A model generated the notes under the pieces. It ran no database searches. It worked only from the letters and a program-made list of their open reading frames with translations, and had not been told where the DNA came from. This document shows, one piece after another, positions 1 through 11,441 of a DNA stretch of 64,000 nucleotides. The translations under genes and the position numbers were made by a program. This stretch comes from an uncultured Gammaproteobacteria bacterium (lineage in GTDB: Bacteria; Patescibacteriota; Patescibacteriia; 2-01-FULL-39-33): positions 16,356 to 80,355 of the forward strand of contig CAZLFP010000002.1 of NCBI GenBank assembly GCA_964558935.1, written 5' to 3'. Numbering within the stretch: the stretch's first letter is position 1; every line of letters begins with the position of its first letter.

Positions 1-1567
1 TGGTTTAGATAAACAAGATGAACAAGCTTTAATTGATAATTACTACTCTCAATTTGAAATTTCCTTAGCTGAAAAACAACAAGCTTTTGAATTAGCAAAG
101 ACGTTTTTTTCGCTAAATTTAGACAAATATTTGTTTAATCAACCCAAAGGAACCAAGCGAGAAAGAAAGGAAGTGGCCAAAGCATTATTATCAGAGTATT
201 TGGAAAAAGACGAATTAAAAGAAGCACATCCAGAAATAAAAGAGTACATAAAAAATGAGTTTGAAGAGTATTTGGAACAAGCTGTTTCGCAAGCCATTTT
301 GGATCAGGAATTAAGAGTGGATGGTCGTACCTTAACACAGATTCGACCATTGTTGGCTGAAGTTGGCCTATTACCCAGAACACATGGTACAGGCCTGTTT
401 TCACGAGGAGAAACTCAGGTTATGAGTATTGTCACCTTGGGATCACCGGGAGATGCCCAAATTATGGATGAGATGACTCAAGATGACACTAAAAAGCACT
501 ATATGCATTTCTATAACTGCCCTCCGTATGCCTTTGGCGAGGCCGGTGCATTCCGAGGAGCGGGTCGCAGAGAAATTGGACACGGTGCGCTTGCTGAAAA
601 AGCTTTAATCCCGGTTTTACCGACTAAAGATGATTTTCCTTACACCATCTTGGTTGTATCTGAAGTTATGGGCTCAAACGGCTCTTCTTCCATGGCATCA
701 ACCTGCGGTTCAACTTTAGCTCTGATGGATGCCGGTGTACCTCTTAAGAAGCCGGTGGCCGGTATTGCGATGGGATTGGCTTCAAATGACCAAACTTACC
801 GAATTTTAACTGATTTACAAGACTTGGAAGACGGTCCTGGTGGTATGGACTTCAAGATTACAGGCACTGAAGATGGCATTACAGCCATTCAAATGGATAC
901 AAAAACTCAAGGTTTAAGCCTGGAAATATGTCAAAAAACCATTGACCAAGCTAAACAGGCCAGATTAGAGATACTGGATGTTATGGCCAAAGCTATTGCT
1001 GAACCGCGTTCTGAGTTATCTGAATTTGCGCCTAGAATAATTAGTTTTAGAATTGAGCCTGAGAAGATCGGTGAAGTGATTGGACCCAGTGGTAAGGTAA
1101 TAAACGCCATTATTGACGAATGTCAGGTGGAGATAGACATTGAAGATGATGGTTTGGTGATGATAACCGGCTTGCAAGCACAAGGAGCAGCTAAGGCTCA
1201 AGAGATAATCCAAAATATTGTCAAAGAGGTTGAAGTCGGTGAGATTTACGACGGTAAGGTCACTCGCATTATGGATTTTGGTGCTTTTGTGCAAATATTG
1301 CCGGGTAAAGAAGGTATGGTGCATATCTCTGAATTTTCCAACCAGCGCGTTGACAAGATTGGTGATGTGGCTAAAATCGGAGATGTTTTTAAAGTTAAAG
1401 TGATTGAAATTGATAGGATGGGAAGAATTAACTTGTCAGTTAAACAGGCTGATCCTAAGTACCAACCGGATCAGGATTCTAGACGCAGAAAGCCGAATGA
1501 CAGAGGTCCTCAGGATAGACGTCAGCATAAAGATCGAGATAGAAGAAATTTTAACAAGCGCAGATAA
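1..1567 (+). CDS. pnp: Polynucleotide phosphorylase (PNPase), 5'-truncated at window edge; second RNase PH domain, KH domain and S1 domain visible
   Basis: Frame 2 is open from base 2 with no stop. The translation contains RNase PH-like, KH ([12 protein letters not shown]) and S1 ([13 protein letters not shown]) segments. It ends with a basic tail. Confidence 0.88.
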   Translation, partial: GLDKQDEQALIDNYYSQFEISLAEKQQAFELAKTFFSLNLDKYLFNQPKGTKRERKEVAKALLSEYLEKDELKEAHPEIKEYIKNEFEEYLEQAVSQAILDQELRVDGRTLTQIRPLLAEVGLLPRTHGTGLFSRGETQVMSIVTLGSPGDAQIMDEMTQDDTKKHYMHFYNCPPYAFGEAGAFRGAGRREIGHGALAEKALIPVLPTKDDFPYTILVVSEVMGSNGSSSMASTCGSTLALMDAGVPLKKPVAGIAMGLASNDQTYRILTDLQDLEDGPGGMDFKITGTEDGITAIQMDTKTQGLSLEICQKTIDQAKQARLEILDVMAKAIAEPRSELSEFAPRIISFRIEPEKIGEVIGPSGKVINAIIDECQVEIDIEDDGLVMITGLQAQGAAKAQEIIQNIVKEVEVGEIYDGKVTRIMDFGAFVQILPGKEGMVHISEFSNQRVDKIGDVAKIGDVFKVKVIEIDRMGRINLSVKQADPKYQPDQDSRRRKPNDRGPQDRRQHKDRDRRNFNKRR

Positions 1568-1585
1568 AAAGGGTATAATGTAGGA

Positions 1586-2905
1586 ATGATATTCCCTTGG
1601 TTAAGACAAAAAAGGATCTTCCAGCATCACAGACTGATTATTATGTCTGGGTTGGGGGTTCTTTTTTGTTTATTATTGGCTTATTCCATTTACCAACAAT
1701 ATTACAAAGATACCCTCTTAGGGTATATACCGGAATCATCTAAAATCTACCTGCATCTTAATCGTCCGACTTTTAAGACCAGACTCTCATTAGATAATCT
1801 GATTTTCAAGCTTTTTAATTCTTTTGATATACGGGATTTTAAGCCGGCCTGGATTAAAAGAGAAATGGCGGTGATGGAAAAAGACAATCAGTTTTATCTG
1901 GTTGTTCGAACACATAGTCAGCAACTGGTTAAGCGATTTCTGCAAGAAAATGATGTTAACCATGGCTGGTTGGACGGCAGTCGAGTTGTAATTGGAGAAT
2001 TTCCACCGGATTTTCATTTTGACAAGCATAAAATTATCGTTAAACAGCTTAACCGAAGCTTTAGATGGCCTTCAGATCTGAAACTGTATATGAATACTGG
2101 TTTAATTAACGAGTCTCAGGCATTAGATTACCAGATGATCAAACAGATGTTATTCAACACGTCCGGACATCTCTATTTGTCAGGTCGTTTTAAGCAAGAT
2201 AAGCTGCTCGTTAGTATCAACGACACAAAAGCCCATGATTTTGATTTACCGGAGATGTTTGAGGCGTATGATTTTAATCTGTACAGTCATCGTGCCGAAT
2301 ACCTCGATCCTTTTCTAAATCAGATTTTAGCTGTTTCACAGGATGAATACGCCGTAATCCAAGATTATTTGACCGGCTGGCAAACAGATTTTAAATTGGA
2401 TTTGACAAGTTCCCTGTATAAGAAATTAACTCAATCCAAAGTGTTGGTTTTAGTGCAGCAGGCTACCAGTACCGATGATTATCTAACAGATTACCGCTTT
2501 CATGTGAACTTTGAATTGCCCCAGGCTTTGGATTTCGAACAGATTGCACAAATGGAAGAAATCTTAAAAAACATTCTGGCTCAAAAGTATCCAACGCCAG
2601 TCAAGCAATCTTTAACAGATGGCACAATAATAACCGAGTTGTTGCCGGTTACTGACGAATACACTTTTGTCTCACAAAATGGATTTGAAACATTAATTGT
2701 TCAAGATCAGCTACTGGCGTATCAAGTGAGAGACAACCACCTAGCCATCACCAACAGCCGTGATTTAATGGCTAATTACAACGTAGCTGTAGCAAAAGAC
2801 TATTTAAGTCTTAAGACTCAACTCTTACCACAGACCGAGGTACTGGATTGGTTAAAAGCTTTTGAAACAATAGCTTTAGAAAATAATTCTCTGGTGTTGG
2901 AATAA
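1586..2905 (+). CDS. Hypothetical protein with N-terminal transmembrane anchor
   Basis: 439-aa ORF with an N-terminal hydrophobic helix. No recognisable motifs. Confidence 0.5.
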   Translation: MIFPWLRQKRIFQHHRLIIMSGLGVLFCLLLAYSIYQQYYKDTLLGYIPESSKIYLHLNRPTFKTRLSLDNLIFKLFNSFDIRDFKPAWIKREMAVMEKDNQFYLVVRTHSQQLVKRFLQENDVNHGWLDGSRVVIGEFPPDFHFDKHKIIVKQLNRSFRWPSDLKLYMNTGLINESQALDYQMIKQMLFNTSGHLYLSGRFKQDKLLVSINDTKAHDFDLPEMFEAYDFNLYSHRAEYLDPFLNQILAVSQDEYAVIQDYLTGWQTDFKLDLTSSLYKKLTQSKVLVLVQQATSTDDYLTDYRFHVNFELPQALDFEQIAQMEEILKNILAQKYPTPVKQSLTDGTIITELLPVTDEYTFVSQNGFETLIVQDQLLAYQVRDNHLAITNSRDLMANYNVAVAKDYLSLKTQLLPQTEVLDWLKAFETIALENNSLVLE

Positions 2906-2943
2906 TAAAACCCGTCACAAGACAAGTGACGGGTAATTCTTGT

Positions 2944-3510
2944 TTATTGAACAAAAGCTCGTTCGTTGTTTTGTCCAATGGTAATGCCAGCACGCAATCC
3001 CAGTTGAATCGCTTTGCTCAGTAGATACTGACCTTCTTCCGATTGCAGAAAGTCCCGCATTCCCTCCAGCTTGGAACCCGAGATGCCCATTACCAGAAAG
3101 TCGACCACTTGAGTCTCTGGGATCTGTGAGAATTCCTTTTCATACTCAGCTTGAGCTTTCTGGGCTGCTGCTAGCGAGGTATGCTGTGCGACTCGAGCCC
3201 AGTAAAAGGGTTTTGAACAGATCACTTCGAATGTCAGCTTCAATTCAGTCTTTGACTGATCCGTCTCTGACTGATCCGTTAGCACACGGACATCGTGAGC
3301 ATGACAGCGCAACGGGCCAATATGGAATGTGACCAAGATACCAGCCTGAATGGCTTCTAACGGTTGGTCATCTGCATAGCTCGCGACTGAAAAAATACGG
3401 TCTTTGAGTTCATCAGGCGAGATAACTTTCACTCGCCAAGCCTGTTGTTTAGACTGGGTGGGGTCTGTCTCCAAAACCACTCCGGTTAGCATTGGTTCTG
3501 TGTTGCTCAA
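2944..3510 (-). CDS. Hypothetical protein encoded in a GC-rich segment
   Basis: 188-aa ORF. The local GC is clearly above the window background. No recognisable family. Confidence 0.4.
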   Translation of the reverse strand: MSNTEPMLTGVVLETDPTQSKQQAWRVKVISPDELKDRIFSVASYADDQPLEAIQAGILVTFHIGPLRCHAHDVRVLTDQSETDQSKTELKLTFEVICSKPFYWARVAQHTSLAAAQKAQAEYEKEFSQIPETQVVDFLVMGISGSKLEGMRDFLQSEEGQYLLSKAIQLGLRAGITIGQNNERAFVQ

Positions 3511-3589
3511 GATCGCGCCTCCTTTTGGTTTGAAACTAAACTGGACGATCTAACTGTATTATATCTCAGACTGATCGTCAAGAGTCTAT

Positions 3590-3720
3590 TTTATAATCAA
3601 CGATTAATCCACAGCCATATTTATTTAAATTTAGATAAATATATGCTTTGTACACATAATTTGTTCACAAGTGGTGGATAAGTCTGTAGATATCCACAGA
3701 ATCAGATGTGTATAAGTTGG
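3590..3720. promoter_or_regulatory. Cluster of DnaA-box-like 9-mers (four 8/9 matches to TTATCCACA on both strands) next to an AT-rich stretch
   Basis: Near-consensus boxes: TAATCCACA (3605-3613), GTGGATAAG on the opposite strand (3672-3680), ATATCCACA (3691-3699) and TGTGTATAA on the opposite strand (3707-3715). The AT-rich tract 3620-3650 lies alongside. Confidence 0.35.
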
Positions 3721-3763
3721 TGAGAGTGATTTTAATTAGCTAAATTTAGCTATATAATAGTCT

Positions 3764-3792
3764 TGACCCGGTTAAAAAAATATGCTATAATG
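3764..3792 (+). promoter_or_regulatory. Consensus sigma70-type promoter: TTGACC, 17-nt spacer, TATAAT
   Basis: Sequence ttgacc cggttaaaaaaatatgc tataat read directly. No ORF follows for about 400 nt. Confidence 0.6.
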
Positions 3793-3798
3793 ACTACA

Positions 3799-4160
3799 GT
3801 TAGTTGAAATTGTACCTTAGTAATTAATATTTGGAGAAAATTGCGATTAAACCGCGTATTAATCTCAGTTTTCTGTTTTCTACTAGGTTAACACGAAATC
3901 CGGAGGGACCGTGAGCTAACCTCCCAACCCATGCAACTGGTGCGGTCATAGGCTGACCCCAACAGAGAGAGGTACTCCTGTGGCCACAACCAAGGTAGAA
4001 AACTGGCTTCAGCTCAAGAAGCGCTTATACACCCCCTACGATAGTCATTTCTGCCGCTGATCCTCGTGGATTAGTCCAGAACAGTCCTAGGGCCGTAGGC
4101 GCAAGCACCCATACATTAATTATACATATAATAGGGGCGCAGCTTGCGCCTCTTTTTTTT
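3799..4160 (+). ncRNA. Candidate structured non-coding RNA or long leader of about 360 nt; identity unresolved
   Basis: No protein ORF on the + strand between the promoter and the terminator. The GC-rich core 3895-4130 contains a local hairpin (GGAGGG...CCTCCC). It ends with a GC stem plus a T8 run. I could not find tmRNA (tRNA-like end), SRP RNA or RNase P RNA (P4/CR-IV) hallmark motifs. Confidence 0.4.
4134..4160 (+). terminator. Rho-independent terminator
   Basis: GGGGCGCAGCTTGCGCCTC stem-loop followed by TTTTTTTT. Confidence 0.7.
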
Positions 4161-4207
4161 GTTAAATATTTGGTATAATACAATAACTTACTCATAGCAA
4201 TATTCGT

Positions 4208-4555
4208 ATGGATCAAACCACTCTTCAAGAACTCAAACAAATGCTGGAACAGAGAAAGCAAGAATTAATTAAACAGTTGGAAACGGTTGGTCATAAGGCA
4301 GAGGGAGAAGATAACTATGATGCCAATTTTCCTCAATATGGGGATTCAGCTGAAGACAATGCCATTGAAGTGGCGGATTATGCCACTAATTTGTCTTTGG
4401 AAAGAGAATTGGAACCGGAATTGAAAGATATTGACAAAGCTTTGGAAAGGATTAAAGAAGGCACCTATGGTAAATGCGAGAAGTGTGGCCAGGATATTGA
4501 TTTGGCCAGACTAAAAGTTATGCCATCTGCAACTGAATGTGTTAAGTGTAAATAA
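4208..4555 (+). CDS. DksA/TraR-family C4 zinc-finger protein
   Basis: C-terminal CEKCG-x17-CVKC motif. Size 115 aa. An extended -10 (TGGTATAAT at 4171-4179) lies upstream. Confidence 0.7.
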   Translation: MDQTTLQELKQMLEQRKQELIKQLETVGHKAEGEDNYDANFPQYGDSAEDNAIEVADYATNLSLERELEPELKDIDKALERIKEGTYGKCEKCGQDIDLARLKVMPSATECVKCK

Positions 4556-5008
4556 ATGAAGTTGGCAGTCAAAGTGTTGATAATTAATCTGGCTGTGTTT
4601 AGCTTGTATTTAGTTGATAGGGTTTTAAAATATATATTCTCTACCCACGGTGGAGAATATTTTATTTTAGGCAATTGGTTAAAACTACAATTAGCCTATA
4701 ATCCGGGAATTGCGTTTGGGTTGCCGCTGAATTATCTGCTGATTCTGTGTCTGTACTGTTTCATCTTATTTTTCTTAATCAGCCACTTGGTCAGTTGCTA
4801 TCTGCACAAGAAGCTGCTTAAAATACTCAGCTTGTCTCTTATTCTAGTCGGTGCTTTTTCCAATTTGTTGGACAGATTATATGTGGGGCGAGTGATAGAC
4901 TATATAGATGTGAAGTATTACAGTATTTTTAACTTGGCGGATGCCCTGATAGTAACGGGTGTGGTGATTCTGATTTGGTTGGTTTTTAAAGAGAGAGATC
5001 AAGTTTAG
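4556..5008 (+). CDS. lspA: Lipoprotein signal peptidase II
   Basis: Four TM segments. Conserved FNLADALIV motif. 150 aa. Confidence 0.85.
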   Translation: MKLAVKVLIINLAVFSLYLVDRVLKYIFSTHGGEYFILGNWLKLQLAYNPGIAFGLPLNYLLILCLYCFILFFLISHLVSCYLHKKLLKILSLSLILVGAFSNLLDRLYVGRVIDYIDVKYYSIFNLADALIVTGVVILIWLVFKERDQV

Positions 5009-5098
5009 ACAACCAGCCCTGTTTAACTTCACCGGAAGTTAGACAGGGCTTTCTTGTATAAGAGAAAAACGGCTAACCAAGTGTTAGCCGTTTTAAGT

Positions 5099-5611
5099 TT
5101 AGCCTCGCAAGAAGAACGTAGCCATTTTCCGCACCGCCCTATCTGCTGCTTCAGGATTACCTCCCCCGTTTCTGGCCATATCATAGGCCTGTTTGAGTTG
5201 AGTCAAACTCTGAGCGTTCTCAACCATTACAAAAGCTGCTTTTTTGGCAGAACCGGTGTGTGCCGGAGCATATTTTGCCAGCAGCTCGGCTTCTTCAAAG
5301 GAGCCGCAATCTTTAAGCGCTTTGCTGACCAAGATATTGAGCAGTCGGTAAGCGGCCCTTCCTTGGTGGCTGTCTACCCCGAATTCTTTCAGGGTTTGCC
5401 AGCATTGCATCATGCTTAAGGAATTGTCCATTGGAATTTGGCCGAAAGCATCTTCTATTTCAGCCCGGGACAAGCCGGTTTTGTCCATCATGACCGAGAC
5501 GTCTATCTGTGTATAGTCCAAGTCATTGATGGGTTTGGGATGGCCTTTGTACATCGTGTTCCCTCCTGTTGTCATGCCATAACCACCAGTTCTTTCAATA
5601 TATGAGAACAA
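5099..5611 (-). CDS. Hypothetical protein (GC-rich ORFan; true start uncertain)
   Basis: 170-aa ORF with elevated GC. An overlapping + strand ORF was judged less likely. Confidence 0.35.
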   Translation of the reverse strand: MFSYIERTGGYGMTTGGNTMYKGHPKPINDLDYTQIDVSVMMDKTGLSRAEIEDAFGQIPMDNSLSMMQCWQTLKEFGVDSHQGRAAYRLLNILVSKALKDCGSFEEAELLAKYAPAHTGSAKKAAFVMVENAQSLTQLKQAYDMARNGGGNPEAADRAVRKMATFFLRG

Positions 5612-5625
5612 GTCAGATTTGTCAA

Positions 5626-6894
5626 TTATCTGATGTAGTTTAACGGGTTAACCCGATTGCCATTTATTCTAACCTCAAAATGAAGATGGGCACCGGTTGA
5701 ATAACCGGTAGATCCTTCCAAGCCAATTACTTCTCCCTTTTGAACTTTCTGGCCGGGTTGAACCAAGATACGGCTGAAGTGGCCATACAAGGTTTGCAGT
5801 CCATTGCCGTGGTCAATTATAACATTGTAGCCATAACCGTATCTTAAATACTGAGTTCGAGATACAACGCCGGCTTGAACCGCTCGAATGGTTTTGCCAT
5901 TGCCACAGGCGATATCAACACCAGTGTGACGCCAACCACGGTAGTATTGCGTAATGCGACGACATTCACTGGGCCAATACATTTTGCCGTCGCTTGACAA
6001 AGTGGGTACTGTATAGGTAGGTGTGTCCACAGTACTGGCGTAAGTTCTAGGTGCGGAGGTATAGATAATACGTCCGCCCGGCACCATAATGGTTTCTCCA
6101 ACCGCCAGTAAATCATCACTGCCGACACGATTATACTCTCTAATTTTCTCGGCTTCAGCGTCGTATTTCTTGGCAATACTCAACAAGGTGTCCCCGCTTT
6201 TAACAGTGTGCAAAACACCGGAGGTGGGAGGGATGGCCAATTTTTGGCCTGGTTTAATAATGGAGTATGAAGACAGATTGTTGGCCCAGAGCAAGGTGTT
6301 AACAGAGACGTCAAAGTCACTGGCAATACTGCCAATACTGTCTCCTTCCTTGACTTCATATTCTTTAACACTGGTTCTGGTTATCTTAGCCGCTTCTGTA
6401 CTAACCAAATCCGGCTTTACCAAAGTGGTACCGCCTTGAGTGGTAGCTAAGACAGAATCCTGTTGTTCATCTAAGATTTCTTCTTCTCTTTTTTGAGCTT
6501 CAGAGTAAATATGACTTCTTAGGAAGGTATTTTCTCCTTGGTAGCTGGTGATACCGGATTCATCTATGACTGAATATGCATCTTCAATGGTTTCCAAATT
6601 TTCCAAACCCACAATATTGTAGATCAGAGCGTCTTGTCCGTAATTTTCATTGTTCTCATAAGCTAAAATGTTGGAAGTGGTAATTAACACGGCCATGATA
6701 ATCACCACACCATGGATGACATAGTGATTGGTTAAACTTAAGATGATCTTGTCTTGGGTGGTGTCTGCCTTGGATGAGTATTTGATTCTAAACCAACGGT
6801 ATTTATCGTAAACAGGTAGGATCAGGAATTTAAACAGGCCTTTCTGTATAAATTTTAAAGGATAAACGGTTAAATAAAAAAAAGGCTTGAGCAT
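5626..6894 (-). CDS. Membrane-anchored LysM-domain M23-family metallopeptidase
   Basis: N-terminal TM segment. LysM repeats (DSIGSIA, GDTLLSIAKKY). C-terminal M23 motifs HTGVDIA and GYSTGAHLHFEV. Confidence 0.85.
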   Translation of the reverse strand: MLKPFFYLTVYPLKFIQKGLFKFLILPVYDKYRWFRIKYSSKADTTQDKIILSLTNHYVIHGVVIIMAVLITTSNILAYENNENYGQDALIYNIVGLENLETIEDAYSVIDESGITSYQGENTFLRSHIYSEAQKREEEILDEQQDSVLATTQGGTTLVKPDLVSTEAAKITRTSVKEYEVKEGDSIGSIASDFDVSVNTLLWANNLSSYSIIKPGQKLAIPPTSGVLHTVKSGDTLLSIAKKYDAEAEKIREYNRVGSDDLLAVGETIMVPGGRIIYTSAPRTYASTVDTPTYTVPTLSSDGKMYWPSECRRITQYYRGWRHTGVDIACGNGKTIRAVQAGVVSRTQYLRYGYGYNVIIDHGNGLQTLYGHFSRILVQPGQKVQKGEVIGLEGSTGYSTGAHLHFEVRINGNRVNPLNYIR

Positions 6895-7068
6895 TATCCA
6901 TAGCCAGCCGAAGCCCTTGAAAGTAAGGGTTATGAGTCGAGTGATTATTTTTTTCAGTTGAAAACTGATATTATTAACTTATATCAAGATAAATTACGCT
7001 AGTAATTATATAACTATTCTGTCATTTTGTCAATTCAGATAATGACAGATTTATGCTACATTTAGTGT

Positions 7069-7995
7069 ATGTTGAAGCCGGAATTAATTCAAGCTGTTTA
7101 CGCCGTAGTCTGCTATTACGATCTGTTCGACTACCCAGTTACGTGGTTGGAGGTTTTTAAGGTCGTTAAAGTCAGGACGGATTTAATGAGTGTTAAGCAT
7201 GCTTTAACTAATTTACACATACAGGGTAAACTTGAAAGCAAGTTTGGCCATTATTTTTTACCTCACAGATCAAGTTTGGTTGCAGACAAGAAGCGTAAAC
7301 TGTTAATTGCCAATGAAAAATACCAAAAAGCCAAGCGGATTATCCGACTCTTAATTTGTTTTCCATTCATTCGAGCGATAGCCATTAGTGGTTCTTTGGC
7401 TTATTCCAATGCTGAGATCGGCAGTGATATTGATTTGTTCGTCATTACTAAACGGCGCAAAGTTTGGACAGCTCGCTTTTTCGTCCTATTCTTTTTGAAA
7501 ATCTTTAGATTAAGACCCACACAAGAAAAAAAGCAAGATAAAATATGTTTAAGCTTTCTATGTGATGAATCTCATTTAGCTTTGAATACCATATCTCATT
7601 ACACCAGTGGTTACCATTTTCCAGTCTGGCTCAGCCAATTTAACTTTCTATTTCAAACAGATGAGATTTTTTGGTTAGACAACGGTTGGTTGGTCAATCA
7701 TTTACCCAATTTCTATCCTCAGAGGATCAGTCAGAGACGACAGATTAATGACACTTGGCTGAGCTTGGGACTCAGACGAGTGTCGGAATTGGCTTTAAGT
7801 TCACCTGTGATTGAAAAGTGGTTACGGGCCTACCAGTTGAAAGTGATGCCTCAAGTTTACCAAGCACAAGCTGACAACCAGCAGGATGTTGTATTATTAC
7901 AGTACATGGTTAAAACTCATTTAAGCCGGCAAGGTCGGCAATATGATAATTTACTCACTCACAGATTAAACCAGCTTAGGTATGAACAAACTTAA
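7069..7995 (+). CDS. Nucleotidyltransferase-domain protein (Pol-beta superfamily-like)
   Basis: Motif ISGSLAYSNAEIGSDIDLFV matches the GS-x(n)-DhD nucleotidyltransferase signature. Confidence 0.45.
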   Translation: MLKPELIQAVYAVVCYYDLFDYPVTWLEVFKVVKVRTDLMSVKHALTNLHIQGKLESKFGHYFLPHRSSLVADKKRKLLIANEKYQKAKRIIRLLICFPFIRAIAISGSLAYSNAEIGSDIDLFVITKRRKVWTARFFVLFFLKIFRLRPTQEKKQDKICLSFLCDESHLALNTISHYTSGYHFPVWLSQFNFLFQTDEIFWLDNGWLVNHLPNFYPQRISQRRQINDTWLSLGLRRVSELALSSPVIEKWLRAYQLKVMPQVYQAQADNQQDVVLLQYMVKTHLSRQGRQYDNLLTHRLNQLRYEQT

Positions 7996-9259
7996 AAAAC
8001 TCGTCACCCATTTGATTTATTTACTCATTTTATTACTGCCGGTCCAGACCGTTTATCTGATACCGCGTCTCATAGACGGTGAAAAATGGCAGTATGGGAG
8101 TCTCATTATCTATGCCTGGGAGATAGTGCTTTGGCCAACCTTGTTTTTGGGTCTGGTCTACTTAGTCCAAGCCCGGAAAATACAGTTTAAAAAAATAGAG
8201 CTAAATAAGTTTAAGGTGGTGGTTTTAAGCTGGCTACTTGTTATTTTAACTGGTCTGGGCATTATTTGGGCCGGAGATCAATTACTGGCAGCTTATGCTT
8301 GGTTGAGATTAGTTGAGATAATGGCGTTGATGTTTTTGGTTTTAAATTTGGATTTGGAATTGATTAAAATTGCCAAGATTTTGACTTTTGTGGGAGCGGT
8401 GGAAGCTTTACTGGGCAGCTTCCAATTTGTCACTCAACAGGTTATGGCCTGCAAATGGTTGGGTATGGCACAGCATTTACCCGTTGAATTAACTTCATTT
8501 GTGGTCGACACCGGCAGTCATCGTTGGCTGCGAGCCTATGGTACTTTTGCTCATCCCAATATTCTGGGTGGTGTTTTGGTTGTCTGCCTGCTGGCTGCCC
8601 TTTGGTTGTATTTAATTCACAAACCGGGTTGGACTAAAGTTCTGGCAGCTGCTAGTCTGCCCATAATTGCGATTGGTTTGTTTTTTAGTTTTTCCAGGAG
8701 CGCTTGGTTGGCTTTAATGGCCGGTTTAATTATTTTAGTCTGGCAATTAAGATTGGAAAACAAGATTAAGCATTTAATTAGACCCTGTTTGTATTTGTTG
8801 GTTGTTGGCATTATGCTGTGTTTGGTGTATTGGCCTTTGGTCAATACTCGTTTAACCATCAAGGACAGATTGGAAGAGAAATCTGTGGAACAGAGATTGA
8901 GCTACCTAGACCAAGCCAAACTACTCTCCAAACGCAAGATGTTTCAAGGTACGGGCTTAGGCAATTACACGGTTGAGCTCATGTCAGCTTATCCTCGGCA
9001 AGCAGTCTGGGAATACCAGCCGGTTCATAATATCTATCTGCTAGCCTTAGTGGAATTGGGCATATTTGGCTGGCTGGCTTGGTGTTTGATCATCTGGATA
9101 GCCATTTGGCAAAAGCATAACCGGTCAATATCTTTGGCTTGGCTGGTCAGCTTGCTGGTCATTGGTTTTTGGGATCATTATCTATGGACTCAACTGGTTG
9201 GTTTAAGTCTGTTTTGGCTGGTCTTAGCCTTTAATTTTAGAGAAAAATTCGAGACTTGA
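7982..9259 (+). CDS. O-antigen ligase (WaaL/Wzy_C)-like polytopic membrane protein
   Basis: About 10-12 TM helices. Motif FSFSRSAWLALMAGL is typical of O-antigen ligase family loops. Confidence 0.55.
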   Translation: MNKLKKLVTHLIYLLILLLPVQTVYLIPRLIDGEKWQYGSLIIYAWEIVLWPTLFLGLVYLVQARKIQFKKIELNKFKVVVLSWLLVILTGLGIIWAGDQLLAAYAWLRLVEIMALMFLVLNLDLELIKIAKILTFVGAVEALLGSFQFVTQQVMACKWLGMAQHLPVELTSFVVDTGSHRWLRAYGTFAHPNILGGVLVVCLLAALWLYLIHKPGWTKVLAAASLPIIAIGLFFSFSRSAWLALMAGLIILVWQLRLENKIKHLIRPCLYLLVVGIMLCLVYWPLVNTRLTIKDRLEEKSVEQRLSYLDQAKLLSKRKMFQGTGLGNYTVELMSAYPRQAVWEYQPVHNIYLLALVELGIFGWLAWCLIIWIAIWQKHNRSISLAWLVSLLVIGFWDHYLWTQLVGLSLFWLVLAFNFREKFET

Positions 9260-9283
9260 CAGATATCTGGGATTTGTTAAAAT
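9256..9283 (+). promoter_or_regulatory. Putative groESL promoter (TTGACA ... TAAAAT)
   Basis: -35 and -10-like hexamers sit immediately upstream of the CIRCE element. Confidence 0.45.
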
Positions 9284-9299
9284 ACTAATTGATTAATAT

Positions 9300-9326
9300 T
9301 TAGCACTCTATTATATGGAGTGCTAA
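9300..9326 (+). promoter_or_regulatory. CIRCE operator (HrcA binding site): TTAGCACTC-N9-GAGTGCTAA
   Basis: Perfect inverted repeat ttagcactc tattatatg gagtgctaa, about 30 nt upstream of groES. Confidence 0.9.
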
Positions 9327-9357
9327 TTTAACTCACAAGATTCATAATACTAAAACT

Positions 9358-11297
<1,940 letters not shown>

Positions 11298-11311
11298 ATT
11301 TAAGTGACAAA

Positions 11312-11338
11312 GAAGCGGTTAATAACCGCTTCTTTTTG
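11312..11338 (+). terminator. Rho-independent terminator after groEL
   Basis: GAAGCGGTT aata AACCGCTTC followed by TTTTTG. Confidence 0.7.
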
Positions 11339-11441
11339 TATTGACACATTGACAAAAGTGTGTTAAACTCCACCTGGTTCTTTGAATTTTAACACCGGCA
11401 TCTAGCCGAACAAACGCAGGTCTCAACAGAGGAGTCTGAAT

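Noticed and set aside
3799-4160. Possibility that the promoter-terminator element is tmRNA (ssrA), given smpB in the window, or RNase P RNA.
   Set aside because: No tRNA-like 3' end (GGTTCGANTCC ... CCA) and no tag ORF ending in a stop. The RNase P P4 5' strand motif (AGGAAAGUCCGG) is absent. The CR-IV-like stretch sits too far from the 3' end. The element is left as unassigned.
4025-4261. 78-aa minus-strand ORF overlapping the candidate ncRNA terminator region.
   Set aside because: It spans the GC-rich structured core and the terminator on the opposite strand and has no ribosome-binding site. It is most likely spurious.
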